In this document: in pieces, positions 1 to 13,188 of the stretch | How the letters are laid out: each line of letters begins with the position of its first letter | Numbering within the stretch: position 1 is the first letter of the stretch | Assembly: GCA_051294375.1 (NCBI GenBank) | Contig: CM119271.1 | Location: 6,449,632-6,513,631, forward strand | Reading direction: 5' to 3' | Origin: Paraspadella gotoi | Lineage: Eukaryota > Animalia > Chaetognatha | Length of the DNA: 64,000 bases | Notes under the pieces: model-generated | Database searches by the model: none | Seen by the model: only the letters and a program-made list of their open reading frames with translations | What the model was told of the DNA's origin: nothing | Position numbers and translations under genes: made by a program

Positions 1-476
1 GAGAGAGAGAGAGAGAGAGATCCGCTCAGTGATATCATACATCTCAAAAACCTTACAAGCAAGAAATGATTCTTCTTATCACTTGTTATATTTCGAGATA
101 TCGAGAGACGTCACAACCGAATCAGTGGGATACGATTATGTAATCTTAAAAAATGTACGAAGAATATCAATTTCTCTCATTTTGTCTTATTAACTGACCA
201 GCAACTGTGGAGATTTATTTTAAATGCCACTCCGACCAAGTGTCGTCGTCGTCGTCGTCCTCGCCGCTAATTTGGAACGGAGTTCCTGAAGTCACACCAT
301 GTCACTTTAATCTCGAATCTTCATCAGACATGTGATTTTACACTCGGCTTTGTCATNNNNNNNNNNNNNNNNNNNNNNNNNATGAAAATGGAAAAATATG
401 GGAAATAGGTTTTGAAATTGTTGATCGGGTGACGGCGGTAAACAAAGCGGGAGAGAGAGTAGAGAGAGAGAGAGAG

Positions 477-508
<32 letters not shown>

Positions 509-585
509 GAGAGATAAAAGAAGAAAACACCAAAAACCAAAAAAAACAAAAAAATAAGCGGTTTTTTCTTCTCATCAACAGAAGA

Positions 586-750
586 ATACAGAGATGGAAC
601 CGGATGCAGAAGCTCGGGGAAAAATCACTGAAATGGAATCGAGGCTCTCTGATACAGAGACGGAACCGGGATCGGAGGCTTGGAAGAAATTACCAGAATG
701 GAATGCGAGTCTCTCCTGATGGCCGAGACTGCAGATGGAAGCGGCCAATG
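586..750 (+). repeat. ~66-bp imperfect tandem repeat (about 2.5 copies), possibly coding
   Basis: ATACAGAGATGGAACCGGATGCAGAAGCT...AATGGAATCGAGGCTCTCTG is followed by ATACAGAGACGGAACCGGGATCGGAGGCT...AATGGAATGCGAGTCTCTCCTG and a partial third copy. Unit length is near a multiple of 3. Confidence 0.5.
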
Positions 751-1739
751 AGGCGAAGGTAGGCTGGTTAAAAATTTCCATATGTCTCTGATCCCACTTG
801 CCTCCTGTATCAAATTAGAACTGTAGATTTTTGTATCCTGTGGCATTCTGTCCAAAATTGGACATAATACCAGCCTTGTTTTCCTTTTTCCAATAATTCT
901 TTGGGTTTTTTTTTTTTGGGTTTTGTTATAATCAATAATTCCACTTTGGGTTTTCACGTTCAGATACAGCTGCTGTCATATTTAAATTTTTATCTTGTAA
1001 ATGTGGGTGAAGGAGTGGATGTCGACACCGCCACGGTCTCCAAAGAAAAGAAGAATCAAGCCTTACCGAACGAACAGAGGCCTACGGCCTACCTCAAGAA
1101 GATGGATTCGCCCCAGCCCAACTATTCCCCGCAGCCAAAGCCGGCTGGAAGAAAAGTGGGCGGCGAACCCAGCCGACTAGGCAACCGCAACAAATGAAGA
1201 ACGGTAGGCAGCGCACGCGCGAGGATCGTCGACTAAGGCATACGTTCGAACTCACGGGAGGCTGCTCTTAGAAGCAATTGCAAATTGGGAACTGAATCAA
1301 GCCGGAAAGGTGACACGCCAAAATCCTTAACGGTTAATAAACAGTGCGAATTTAAAAAATGACCAAAACTAATTACGGCGAATGAATAAAAGATTCGACG
1401 ATCCTCTCTGAGACCGGAAGCTTGGCAGACAAAAATGGATGAAATTCATTCAATGATGTAACTAATGAATTTAATTCCGCGTACTCTGCTGATGAAATTT
1501 GATTTGATTGGGCAAATAAAGATGATTTCTTATTAATCGCCTGCGTTGTTTGAATAAAAACAAGGACAAAGTAGGAAACAAACAACAGCACAGACCAGAT
1601 CCTAAAAGAGATGCTTATTAGAAACCTGTGGAGAAAAGGTGATGAAGAGAGAAACACACACAGCGGAGGTGAACATTTTAAAATAACTAACCGAAAAATA
1701 AATGGGATAAACTACTTATATAACCTGCAGAGGAAGTAG

Positions 1740-4060
1740 GTAGATATCAGAGCGCCAAATGGGGACCGAGCTAATCCAACCGGGCCGCACCAGCGGGAAA
1801 CGGCGTCGACATAAATCGCTTCTTCATATATGCAGAAAAGTCTTTAATATCCTGAAAGGAGGAATACTGCGATCAACGCAAACATAAATCGGTCTCTTTG
1901 GAAACCCGCCTGGGCCTTTAGATATGTACTGGTGAGGAAATGATAGGATTTCACCAAGAGTGACGTTTATATACAGGTGGTTCCGTTATGATGGGGCGCA
2001 GGAAGGGAGGAGGTTCAGCCTTCTCACATAACGGGTAAGCTGAATTCCCGAATTACCTTTAAAAAGCAGGAAGGACTAATTATCATCTGGGGATCTAACA
2101 AGTCCGAATGGCGCGAACAACCGACAACCACTTATGGGCCTGGCACGCCGCGAGATCTGGAAAACCGTATCTTAAAGGAATGGGCACGTTAAGCTTGACC
2201 GGAGATCGGCAGAATGCACAACCTGAAAAGAAATAATATAGTAAAAAGCGAAAGACAAAGTCCAGCTGATTTCTTAACACGATTTTACTGGTAGCAAGGA
2301 CAAGGTCGCAGCACCACGTATCGACGACCGCCGGTATTTTCCCTCGCCGGAGTCTTTTGGAGAAAATGTAGATCCGGCACAATTATTGTAGCATGCGTGT
2401 TCAGCAACGACACATCACAGTTGAATTATACCAGCGAAGAAACCGCCAGAACACCATTCTCAGATCGTGAAGTAACAATGCCCATGCACCTACCCACTCC
2501 AAACGCTTAGATAGGACCAACCACTGGGAGAAGACTCAATAATTAAGCTTTTCAGTACCCAAGTTTCATACCGGGAATCATGTTGTAGTACGAGCAAAAA
2601 AATTCTGCAATCGAACTCTAAAAATCAAACATAGAAGAATGTCTATACTGAGAACAACAGAAAACGCAGACATAAGAGAGCGCTCCATTCGGACAGAACA
2701 ACTAATGCCTGAGCCGAAAGACTCGGAATTCTAGGCTCATAGCACGAAAGTCGTGTTAGAGCGAAAATGACAGGCCATCCGCAATCAATAATGGAAGAGA
2801 CTCAACACAAGCAGGCACAGGGCTGTAGGATAAAGAACATACGAGACCGACCGGACCACGTTCGGGACAGCACTATAAAAATAACAGAACCATAATAGGA
2901 GCAAGTCAGGCTCTCCTCCATCAGTGCGAAATCCGAACACGCGCCCCTCCGCCCGGCAAACGAGGACAATCACAATCACGTTAGCAAAATTCTTTAAACG
3001 AGAGCTCAGAGGAAGGCCAGGAGAGAGACAAATACGTACGCAGCACTCACTCCAATGCTGAGCACATAATGTTAAGCCATGTTATTAGAGGACCGCCTAG
3101 GGTGGGGGAAAGATAAAAAACAAAGTGGCGAATGCTCTCCTACCAAGGCGAACCATCAGGCGAGTAGATATTAGAATGTGCCACGCGAGCCTGAACACTT
3201 TTTTGCCTCCTCAAGCCTAACACCGACACGTACCATAAAAGATCGAAAAGTAGAATGCCAACGTTTACACGCCGAGAACTTAACAAACGTCATTAAAGGA
3301 AAAATGTGACCTGAGCCGCAGAGATGACATAACCCTACAAAAGATATGTCACAGCGAATCTTCTACAGAAAAGAAAAAACAGCTGCATCTCCATGTAATT
3401 GCAAGGAAGCACCCCAGCCAAGCTGGCCTGTATGAATACAGGGGCATTTAGATCTTGTTAAACACAGTCCCGCGTGTAAGTTTCATGCGAAAAATTGGGA
3501 ATTTGTCCAAACACATTTCCACACGGAACCCCTCTCAAGTGCTGTAACCGGCCACCGGAAACATCACTGCTTCTCAGAGAGGATATAACTTAAGAATCAT
3601 GTTCCAAAAAAATGGATCCGTCCTAATTTAGAAAATACGGTTTTTTCCCCTGACGTTCTTCCAGGGATGGAGGAATGATCAAAGACGCTGCGTCATCAAT
3701 AGAACGGGGGCAGTCACGCCAACGCCCTGGGCCGCTCCAGACCAACTGTGGGTGGTACATACAACCATCAACGCAAAGACATCACGACCTGTCAAGTCGC
3801 TCTCCATGGGAAATATTAAGACCCATAACCCGACTTGTTGTTTGGAGACAAGTTGATGGCAGGCCTTTGGATAAAGCTGCCAGATGGTTGGCCGGGGAAA
3901 CGTGGATGAACACACAATGGTGGCCGCATTCACTTGGCCGAAGCCAGGAAACATGGAGAGGAAGGAGATGCATACTAATGAACTTCAACCAACCGTATAG
4001 ATTTGGAAAAAAACCCTTGGCTGGTGCCAGATGGATAGTGTGAGTACTTGTGAAATGGAG
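1740..4060 (+). mobile_element. Frameshifted Gypsy/Ty3-like pol fragment 1: RNase H plus DDE integrase
   Basis: PADFLTR (2262-2282) marks the RNase H C-terminus, and this part is homologous to the RNase H at 5770-6190. Integrase-like motifs read across frameshifts: EExH..H / QCEI zinc finger (~2790-2935), F.xKxGI...P..N..PE core (~3480-3565), H..SSRSPWEIL (~3780-3820), FNQPYR GPY/F-like motif (~3983-4000). Confidence 0.6.
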
Positions 4061-4399
4061 ATGGAAGTACACAGCAGTACGAAGCAGCTGTCTGCAACGG
4101 AGAACGCAAAACTGAGAGAAAGGAAGTCGAATTCTGACTGCCTATCCAGGAGCATGGGGCAATGTCAGCAAGGACACCTTTTGATAACTCAATCAAGGGT
4201 GTGCGAAAATCCGAACTAGGGACTTGAAACAGGATCAACAGCCGAGCCAGGTCCAGCGTGCGGACCTTTGACAGGAGCGGAAAAACCTGTAGCTTCAGGA
4301 ATAGGTGAAGAAAGGACGCATTATCCCCCGCCACAGAACGATATAGTTCATCACAAAAGCTCAACGGAAGAAAAGAGAAATCAGAGCAGTAAGAGGATA

Positions 4400-6735
4400 G
4401 CCCAAGGCCAGAAAAAAGCAGAGGGCGCCAAAAAAACCATGGATGCCCGTGGAAAGGAAAGGAAGCTAATTGCTAAAGCCCTTCAAAGAGTAGAACCCGT
4501 CCCTCCAGTACAAGGCTCACCTAGTCTGGGAAAATTGTGTGGGAAAATATCGCGACGTTTTTTTGGAGAAAACAATAAAATGATTGCTAAGGAGGCTTTC
4601 CTAAATTACATAAGTTGACCTTCGGTTACACAAGCGGAAGATTTTGCCCAATGCCGAGATTTGCTTAACGGCAAGGCCGGTCAAAAAGGCTGCGCGCCTT
4701 AAAAAATGATATTCTTCGGAAGTATATGAAAAGGCATGGCTCGTGTCTAGCACAAGAAACGGAAGCTTATTTCAAACTGGCCTTCCGCAATGAAAAAAGC
4801 CTGGCCAACAATTTGTCCGAGTGGACAAGTACGAAGATGAACGACGAGACCCTTCGCTAAAACAATGGCGATCGTCATTTGCGACCGTCTCTTCCGTTCT
4901 AACAACAACATCTCCACGTAAACGCGCGGGCCCGGGAACCTACAGGACACAGCATCTCCCTCATCCTCGACATGATAAGCCACATGATGCTGCAATGTTC
5001 GTCGTACATCCTAGCATGTTTCGCACCGAGGTCAATCGTGACGCGATGCGCTGGGTCAAAACCCGTTCAACGGACCTTTGCGGGCGCAGGTCACGATACT
5101 GGTGGGATGAATAAGCTCCGATGGAGGCTAATATATAGTGTAAACGTACAAATCCAAGCAAATCCTGGACGAAAATCTTTCGCATGACCCTTGGCAAGGC
5201 ATACCGTGACGTGAAAAGCTTTTTAGGTCTATTGTGGAATTTGACCGTGGCATACTCACACGCCAAGTCACCGTCGATAAGACCATGGCACAGAGGCTTC
5301 CAGAGATTCTAATGCAGTAAATGCCGAAGTACGAAAACGTCGGTCCGTCAAATGTGACGAAAAGAGTGTCCTCCTCAGAAAAGGAAGACAGTCAGATGCT
5401 GGCATTCAGGCATCTCAAGAGCAGCTCCTCCCACAAAAAGGAAGAAAAAAGCTAGACTAAGCGGTCGAGTTAAAAACTAAAAAAACCCATCAAAAACGCA
5501 GAAGGAACTAAGAGCGTTATGCTAAAGCTTCCTCTCTTAAACTATTACGGGATGCCCTTTACGCATCGATTTTCCTTGAACATCTGGCCCAACCCTTCAC
5601 GCCCATAAGCTAAACTTGGACAAGAAAAGATTTCAAGAGGCTCTCCAGTAAAATCACATCGAGATGGCTCCAACGCTTGTCGACTGAAATCAGAATGGCC
5701 TGCTCCAGGGTTTTAAAATATAAACTTTTTTTTAAAATTGATGCTAGATAATCAGAAATGGTTTCTTAAATCGATTTGACGGCGGACGCTAGTACGGCAG
5801 CAGCCATGGGCCGGACTAATCACCCCCCCCGCTACACGTGGCCGACGGCGTCGAATATCCGCGTCTCATTTTCACTCAAAATCCTTTCCAGAGGATATGC
5901 GAATCAAGGCACATCAATGTCTTGGAAACCTGGCCTTTAATAATGATGGTGTGCGAAAGTTCAAGGGTTACACGTGTGGCAAGAAAAGGGTAACTTGTTT
6001 AGTAACTGATTCCAATACTTTTAAAAGAGTATGGATCTACAGCATGACCGCGACAACAAATGGCTCCCCGACAAAAGCGTTTAAAGAATTGGATAAATAC
6101 GTGGGAGATCCGGGCAAGAAATGCAACACGATAAGAAATAATCTAGTAAAAAAAGCGAAGACCAATCCAGACTGATTTCTTTAAAACAGATTTACCTGAG
6201 CAAAGGACCAAGGTCAAACGCCATCGACACCGCCGTTTTTCCCCCCCGGCCGGCTGTTGATGTTCGACGGCGATTATGAGCCAGCTGTCGCCGAATAACT
6301 CGCCCAGTTCAAGATCACGTGACTCCAGAAACATTTTAGATCTAATAAACAGGCCATGCACCCCTCTGCCTTGGTAGCCCCAACATGGGGAGAAAGATAA
6401 AGCAAGTTTTCGAGAAAACCAGTTTTTCGAATTTAGTAACGACAAACAATTTGCATCAATTGTCAAAAACAGAACAATAGAAAAGTTATAATGGAAACCA
6501 AAAAAACGAAGGGCGCTGAATGCGCTTTCGTCAGAACAATATCTGCTATCTGCCAAAGACTGGGAAAATTTAGGGTATAGGTCATCCAGAGCCTAGAAAG
6601 TTAGGGCGATAAATGAACAGGCATCCGCGCAATTCACAAATATGGAAGAGGGACTCAACAACGAGAGGCCTGGGCTGTAAGTTTTTGAAGAGAACTATAC
6701 GGCACCGGACCTGACGCACGTCGGTACGAAGATAA
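4400..6735 (+). mobile_element. Frameshifted Gypsy/Ty3-like pol fragment 2: reverse transcriptase, RNase H and start of integrase
   Basis: RT-like motifs: GK.R..F...NNKMIAKEAF (~4540-4600), EAYFKL (4762-4779), possible degenerate YxDD (~4963-4977), QVTIL (~5087), RDVKSFLGLLW (5205-5237). RNase H motifs: LTADAS (5776-5793), HINVLET (5910-5930), VTDSNT (6002-6019), KSED(N)P(A)DF (~6151-6180). Ends abruptly near 6735. Confidence 0.72.
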
Positions 6736-7012
6736 AGATATTGGAAGCGTCGGTCATCTTTTTTTCCATTTTTCCTACAAATAAACATTAACCAAGTGGT
6801 CAATCTTAATATTATCAATCATTTCTTGCCTTCTCGTAAAGTTCACCACTCCTCGCCGTTCACAATTCGTTCACAATTTCTAGAGAACTAACAATTTTCT
6901 ACATACAAGTCTTGTTATTTTTCCCAAAAACACTAAATCGATTTTATTCAATCGAACACATGTTCGTTTATCGACGACCAGAGGGAAGTTATAAAGAAAA
7001 AGACTGAGAGAA

Positions 7013-7055
<43 letters not shown>

Positions 7056-7430
7056 CACAGAGAGAGAAAGTCATAAAGAAATGAGAGAAAATGAAAAAAA
7101 AACCGAACCACCCCCCAAAAAAAGGAAAGGAACTCTAAACGAAGAAAAAGTCGACTAAAGAGTAAAAGAGAAGAAGGTCACGTGACTAGAAAAAAAAAAG
7201 AGGAAAAAAATCTGGAAGATTCCAATCCATGAGAGAAAGATAGAGAGAGAGCGATGGGGGGAGGGAGAGGGGGAGCGAGAGAGGAAGGAAAGAGGAAGGA
7301 AAAGGTTCTCGAGCTTTGGAAGATTTTAGGTTTCCTCCGGGAGAAAAGAAAAAAAAAAGAAAGAAAGAAAAGACGGAACAAAACAACAAATAAAAGGACG
7401 GCATCTGAAATCAAAGAGGAAAAGTGAAAG

Positions 7431-7705
7431 GAAGATTAAAAAAGAGAGGAAAGGAAAAAAAGGAAGATTAAAAAATAGAGGAAAGGAAAAAAATGAAGAT
7501 TAAAAAAGAGAGGAAAGGAAAAAAAGGAAGATTAAAAAATAAAGCAAAGGGAAAAAATGAAGATTAAAAAATAGAGGAAAGGAAAAAAAAGAAGATTAAA
7601 AAATAGAGGAAAGGCCAAAAAGAAGATTAAAAAATAGAGGAAAGGTCCAAAAGAAGATTTAAAAAATAGAGGAAAGGATAAAAGGAAGATTAAAAAATAA
7701 AGGAA
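7431..7705. repeat. 32-bp purine-rich minisatellite, about 9 copies
   Basis: Unit GAAGATTAAAAAATAGAGGAAAGGAAAAAAAG recurs at 7431, 7463, 7495 and onward. Confidence 0.9.
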
Positions 7706-8100
7706 TTGACAAAATTTAACTAACAAAGTTTTTTGGTCATCTAATTAAACTCAAGGTTCGACGCGCTAGAAACTGAGCAATTGACTAAAGCAGTTAAGGA
7801 CACATTTACAAACTGATTGACAGACTAACTTTATCTCGGAGCAAATCTGTGCGAAACTGTCAAAGCAAAGTTCGCAAAGATTCAAAGGGTCAAACGACCG
7901 GCAGATGGGATCAAATTCNNNNNNNNNNNNNNNNNNNNNNNNNNNNNNNNNNNNNNNNNNNNNNNNNNNNNNNNNNNNNNNNNNNNNNNNNNNNNNNNNN
8001 NNNNNNNNNNNNNNNNNNNNNNNNNNNNNNNNNNNNNNNNNNNNNNNNNNNNNNNNNNNNNNNNNNNNNNNNNNNNNNNNNNNNNNNNNNCGGGCGGAGG

Positions 8101-8157
<57 letters not shown>

Positions 8158-8351
8158 GGAGAGAGAGAGAGAGAAGAGAGAGACAGATCCGGAAAGGCAA
8201 CTGAAAAAGGGAAGATAGGATAAAAAGTCCTGCCCCTTTTCCCACCAAACCGATCAACGTCCCATTTTCGGAGGCGTTCCCACGCCGACGACTCCGCCCG
8301 CTTTGGGTCTCGCGGTGACGAGAACTTGGAAGGAAATCGGTCGAGTTGAAA

Positions 8352-8660
8352 GGAATGAATGAACAAGAAAAGGAATGAATGAATGAATGAATGGAAGGAT
8401 GAGGGAGGGAATGAATAAAATGAATGAATGACTGGAGGGAATGAATGAATGAGGGAGGGAGGAAATGACTGAATGAATAAATGTGGAAGGGAATGAATGA
8501 ATGAATGAATGAATGAATGAATGAATGAATGAATGAATGATTGAATGAATGAATGAATGAATGAAGGAATGAATAAATTGATGAATGAGGGAGGGAATGA
8601 ATGAATGAATAAATGAATGAATAAATGAATGAATGAATGAATAGATAAGCGAATGAGCGC
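8352..8660. repeat. (GAAT)n microsatellite, degenerate
   Basis: Seen directly; it explains the HSFI-repeat ORFs. Confidence 0.95.
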
Positions 8661-9873
8661 ATAAATAAATACAAAACTCTCAATATAAAACAAATTTCTC
8701 CAACCCTTCCGTGTTTTTTTCTTTTCCTTTAAAACGTTTTGGTTGGGAAATTTGCGATGACATTTTTGCCAAGAGGTCACGTGACGGAGTTTCCCAGACC
8801 TTCTCCTCTTTTTTTTCGTTTCCCAAAGGACAAAAAAACCTCTAATCTAGTTTAACTAAGAGACGAAGGAGATTTCGTTGTCGTCGTCGTCGTCGTCGTT
8901 TTCCACTTCAAGGTCTTCATCATCACCGGCGTATTCGTCGTTGTCATGGTCACCATCATCGTCATTTTCATCGTCGCCGTCTGCATCCTTTTTGTCGTCG
9001 TCGTCGTCGTCGCTGTCGCCTTCGCCATCATCGTGCTTGTCGTCGTCGTCGTCGTCGTCATCGTCAGCCACAGAAAGCCTTTTTCTTCTCACTCTCGCCT
9101 GTTCACTAGATAATCACTTTATCAGTTCACAGAGAGAAAAAAAAACTTCTTTCTCTCATTCTCTTATTCAGGTCCTTTTTGACGTATTTTCCCTTATCAA
9201 TATAAAAATTATTAATTAATTTAGTAAATAAGTTTTCTTGACCCCGACTTTGTCCGTCCTTCTTACACTGAGGTCGATAAGATTTGTGGTTGGACCAATG
9301 GACCATCGTCATTCGTCATCTCTTACGATTTAAGTAACTCGGACAAAAGATACGACGACGACGACGAAGACGACGACGAAGACGACGACGACGAGACGAC
9401 GAAGACGACGACGACGAAGACGACAACGAAGACGACAACGATGACGAGGTCTTTTTCCTTTGAAAAACCGTTTAGTGGTCAGCGGAAGCACTTAACCTCC
9501 ATCACGCATGACCATTTTTACATATTCGATTGTTATTTTTCTCTCAACTATCTATTATTGTTTTATTAAGTATAAGTATTATAAGCATTATTCGTGCTTA
9601 TACATACGTATGTGAGTATCTCAATAAGCATGAATTTGTCTTTTTATTTTTTTAATTTTAAACAACTTTCGTTTTCGGATATAATTTTTTTGATATTTTA
9701 TAGTTACCAACGAAGTTAACAACAAAATCAATTGGTGTTTTATTATTAGTTAAAAGCTACACAATCGAGACAAGCTACTTAATTAATCCATTTGCTGCGA
9801 TGTTATCACCTAAACTAAAATCTGTTATCTATAAAATACTTTACCTTTAACACGAATTTGATTTGGTTTTCTC

Positions 9874-10137
9874 TAATCTAAATCTAAATCTAATTTAATC
9901 TAAATCTAATTTAATCTAAATATAAATCTAATTTAATCTAAATCTAATTTAATCTAAATCTAAATATAATTTAATCTAAATCTAAATCTAATTTAATCTA
10001 AATCTAATTTAATCTAAATATAATTTATTTTAAATCTAAATCTAAATCTAATTTAATCTAAATCTAAATCTAATTTAATCTAAATCTAATTTAATCTAAA
10101 TCTAAATCTAATTTAATCTAAATCTAAGTCTAAATCC
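9874..10137. repeat. AT-rich (AATCTA/AATTT) composite microsatellite
   Basis: Repeated TAATCTAAATCTAAATCTAATT units. Confidence 0.9.
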
Positions 10138-10258
10138 AAAAATCTGGAGGACGAGTTACGATTCCTTTCTCCGCCCTCCTTCGCCTTCATGACGTCCTCA
10201 AGGTCGCCGCCTTTAAATCTCTCCCATTTTGCCACCTGATTCTCTTCACCGCAAGCTC

Positions 10259-10459
10259 TTGGTTGTCTTACAAGCAAATTATTGGCCTTATAAAAGCTGT
10301 TTGTTGTCTTACAAGCTTAATTATTGGCCTTATAAAAGCTGTTGGTTGTCTTACAAGCAAATTATTGGCCTTATAAAAGCTGTTGGTTGTCTTACAAGCA
10401 AATTATTAGCCTTATAAAAGCTGTTGGTTGTCTTACAAGCAAATTATTGGCCTCATAAG
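10259..10459. repeat. 41-bp minisatellite, 5 copies
   Basis: Unit GGTTGTCTTACAAGCAAATTATTGGCCTTATAAAAGCTGTT starts at about 10261, 10302, 10344, 10385 and 10426. Copies are head-to-tail with no spacers. Confidence 0.95.
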
Positions 10460-11061
10460 AGCGAATCAAACAAACAAAAATTGTTTGTTTGTTTGTTTGT
10501 TTGTAGTTTGTTTGTTTGTTTGTTTGTAGTTTGTTTTCCGGTTTTAATTAAATGTTTTTGAGAATTTACAAAACAAGCGGAAACTTGATTTAAACAAACG
10601 ATCGCTCATAAAAATAAAACTAGTTTCGCCACCCAACGGCAAATTCGCGGAATACGCCGATCTGGTAGAAGACGAGAAGAGAGAGATAGAGAGGATGGAA
10701 GAGAGGAAGGAGAAGGAAGAGCGATGAAAGAGAGAGAGAGAGAGTTTCCTTTTAAAGGGGAAAAGAAATTATGGTCACGAAAGAGATAAAAGGAAAGAGA
10801 GAATCGTTGGAACCGGAAGAAGTCGTAAACGACGACGATAACGACGACGACGACGATAACGACGACGACGAGGACGAGAATGACGATAAAAAAAACGACG
10901 GCGATGACATTGACGACGACATGGACGACGACGACGACGATGACATGGACGACGACGACAACGACGACAACTACACAATTGGCTTTGATTAAAACCTGGA
11001 GCCTTTTATTCCCCGCTTGTCCCGTTCTAATTTGTTGCCCCCCCCTCTCTCTCTCTCTCTC

Positions 11062-11110
<49 letters not shown>

Positions 11111-11445
11111 CATCTTGAAAAAAATACTTCCGAGTCTCCTTTTCTCTCTTCTTAACTTTTTCTCCTTCCTTTTTTAGATCCCTTTTTTTTTCACCGTCAG
11201 CTCTTTCCTTTGATAACCTCGTATAAATATGAAGGGAAGCAACGGAGGCCATAACCGGAACAATGAGAGAGCGACGACGATTCGACGACGACGACGACGA
11301 CGACCCAACGCGTTGCTGCGAAACAGGACTAAGACGACGACGTCGATTGCAGCGACGACACAACAATCGACACAACCTTAAGAAGAACAAATTGTACCTC
11401 GCTTGTCTTCATAAAAAAAAAATTGCAGTTTCATTTTTCTTTTCT

Positions 11446-11791
11446 CGGCCATATTTAGCGAAACCGCTCCATTTCGGGTTAAATTTATAATTAGGTTAGG
11501 TTAAGGGTTAAAAGTTTGGGATTAGGATTAGGTTTTGAAATTAGGGTTAGGGATTAAGTTGGGGATTCGGTTAGGATTAAGATAAGATTAGGAAATAGAT
11601 TTAATATTAGGAGACGGGTTTGGATTAGAATTACTAAGGTTAGTTATCAAGGAAAGGGATTAGTTTGGGTTAGGGATTAGAGTTAGAGATTGGATTAAAG
11701 ATTTTGTAAAATATTGTTCGTAAATATTTGAATTAAAATTAAATTTAAGGATTAGGGAACAAAAATGGAACGCTTTAGGAAAATAAAGCCG
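11446..11791. mobile_element. Small non-autonomous element with imperfect inverted ends and a degenerate TTAGG(G) core
   Basis: CGGCCATATTTAGCGAAACCGCTCCATTT (11446) is an imperfect inverted repeat of AAATGGAACGCTTTAGGAAAATAAAGCCG (~11763-11791). The interior is degenerate TTAGG/TTAGGG and both flanks are T-rich. Confidence 0.5.
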
Positions 11792-13188
11792 GTTTTTTGG
11801 CGGGTTATTAAAGATATACAAACACAAATCCAATTAGGAATAACGAAATTAATACTCAGACAAAAAAACAGCGAAAGAAACACAGAATAGAATATCGTTA
11901 CGCTTCCAATCAGTAGTTTTGTGAACTATTTGTAGTCGTATTTCACATCGTTTTACTATTTAAAAATGTAATTTCCTACAACTAAACTAAAGCCTGTACG
12001 TACTTTTAACCATTTGTCCATGATTCTTTAATGCAATGGATTCAACGATCTGCCGGTAATGTGCTGGATTAACAGACACGCGAGTTGATTTATCTCAATT
12101 GTTACACGTAATTCCAGAGGAGAAACTGCGTCACCGATCAATCAGTTAAGCTGCGGTTCAAGTCGTTAATGCTGCCAGCCTGTCCGCTATAATTTTTGTC
12201 GTTGTTATCCTTGTTGTAGTTATCGAAGTTTTTTTTTTCTTCACCGGTGACTCCGAGGCGTGAGACGTGCCTTTCGTCAATGTCAGCCCTTCCCCGGTTT
12301 TAATCTAAGTTTTCTCTCCCTTTCAATTCTTTTCTCCTGTTTTTTTTTTCCTCCTTTTTTTTTCTTCGCAGTTTTGCATTTTTTCTTTCTTTTTTTTTAT
12401 TCAAAGTTTGTTTTGTTTTTTTTTGGTGGCGTTTTCTGTTTATCTTTTCGNNNNNNNNNNNNNNNNNNNNNNNNNNNNNNNNNNNNNNNNNNNNNNNNNN
12501 NNNNNNNNNNNNNNNNNNNNNNNNNNNNNNNNNNNNNNNNNNNNNNNNNNNNNNNNNNNNNNNNNNNNNNNNNNNNNNNNNNNNNNNNNNNNNNNNNNNN
12601 NNNNNNNNNNNNNNNNNNNNNNNNNNNNNNNNNNNNNNNNNNNNNNNNNNNNNNNNNNNNNNNNNNNNNNNNNNNNNNNNNNNNNNNNNNNNNNNNNNTT
12701 CGAATTTTGTTTTCCTTTTTTTTATTATTTTATTTCTTTAATATTTTTCCTTTCTTTCCTTATTTTTTCCATTTCATTTTCTTTTTCTTTTCAACTTCGC
12801 CGAGAAAAACCTTTTCAATCTCCATCTCTATCAGTCTTGATTTATTTCTTTTAATTCATTTCTGTCTTCGTCCAGTATTTATGCGCGAAGGTCTTTCGTC
12901 CTCTGTTCCGCCACCCGTCGCAGAGTTTATTAAGTCGCGTGGAAAGACGATTGTTGAAAGAAATAAGCTGAGAAAGACAAAAATGTTACGAAAAAAGGTT
13001 ACGGCGACTAAATCGTGTGTTTTAAGAGCGAGAATGAGAAAGAGGCAGAGGAGGAGCAAAATAGGGAAGAGGATGAGCAGTATGAAAATTAATGGGAGGA
13101 AGAGGAGCAAGAATTTTTTTTGCCTAAGAAAGATAGTAATATAGTACTATTAGTATGAAACAAGATAAAACAATTTAATGGTTAACTC

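Noticed and set aside
1740-6730. The ~1 kb direct repeats as LTRs of one element
   Set aside because: The repeats contain RNase H and integrase coding motifs, and I see no TG...CA ends, PBS, PPT or TSD.
10259-10459. Regular 41-bp repeats as a CRISPR array
   Set aside because: The units are head-to-tail with no unique spacers, there are no cas genes, and the context is eukaryotic.
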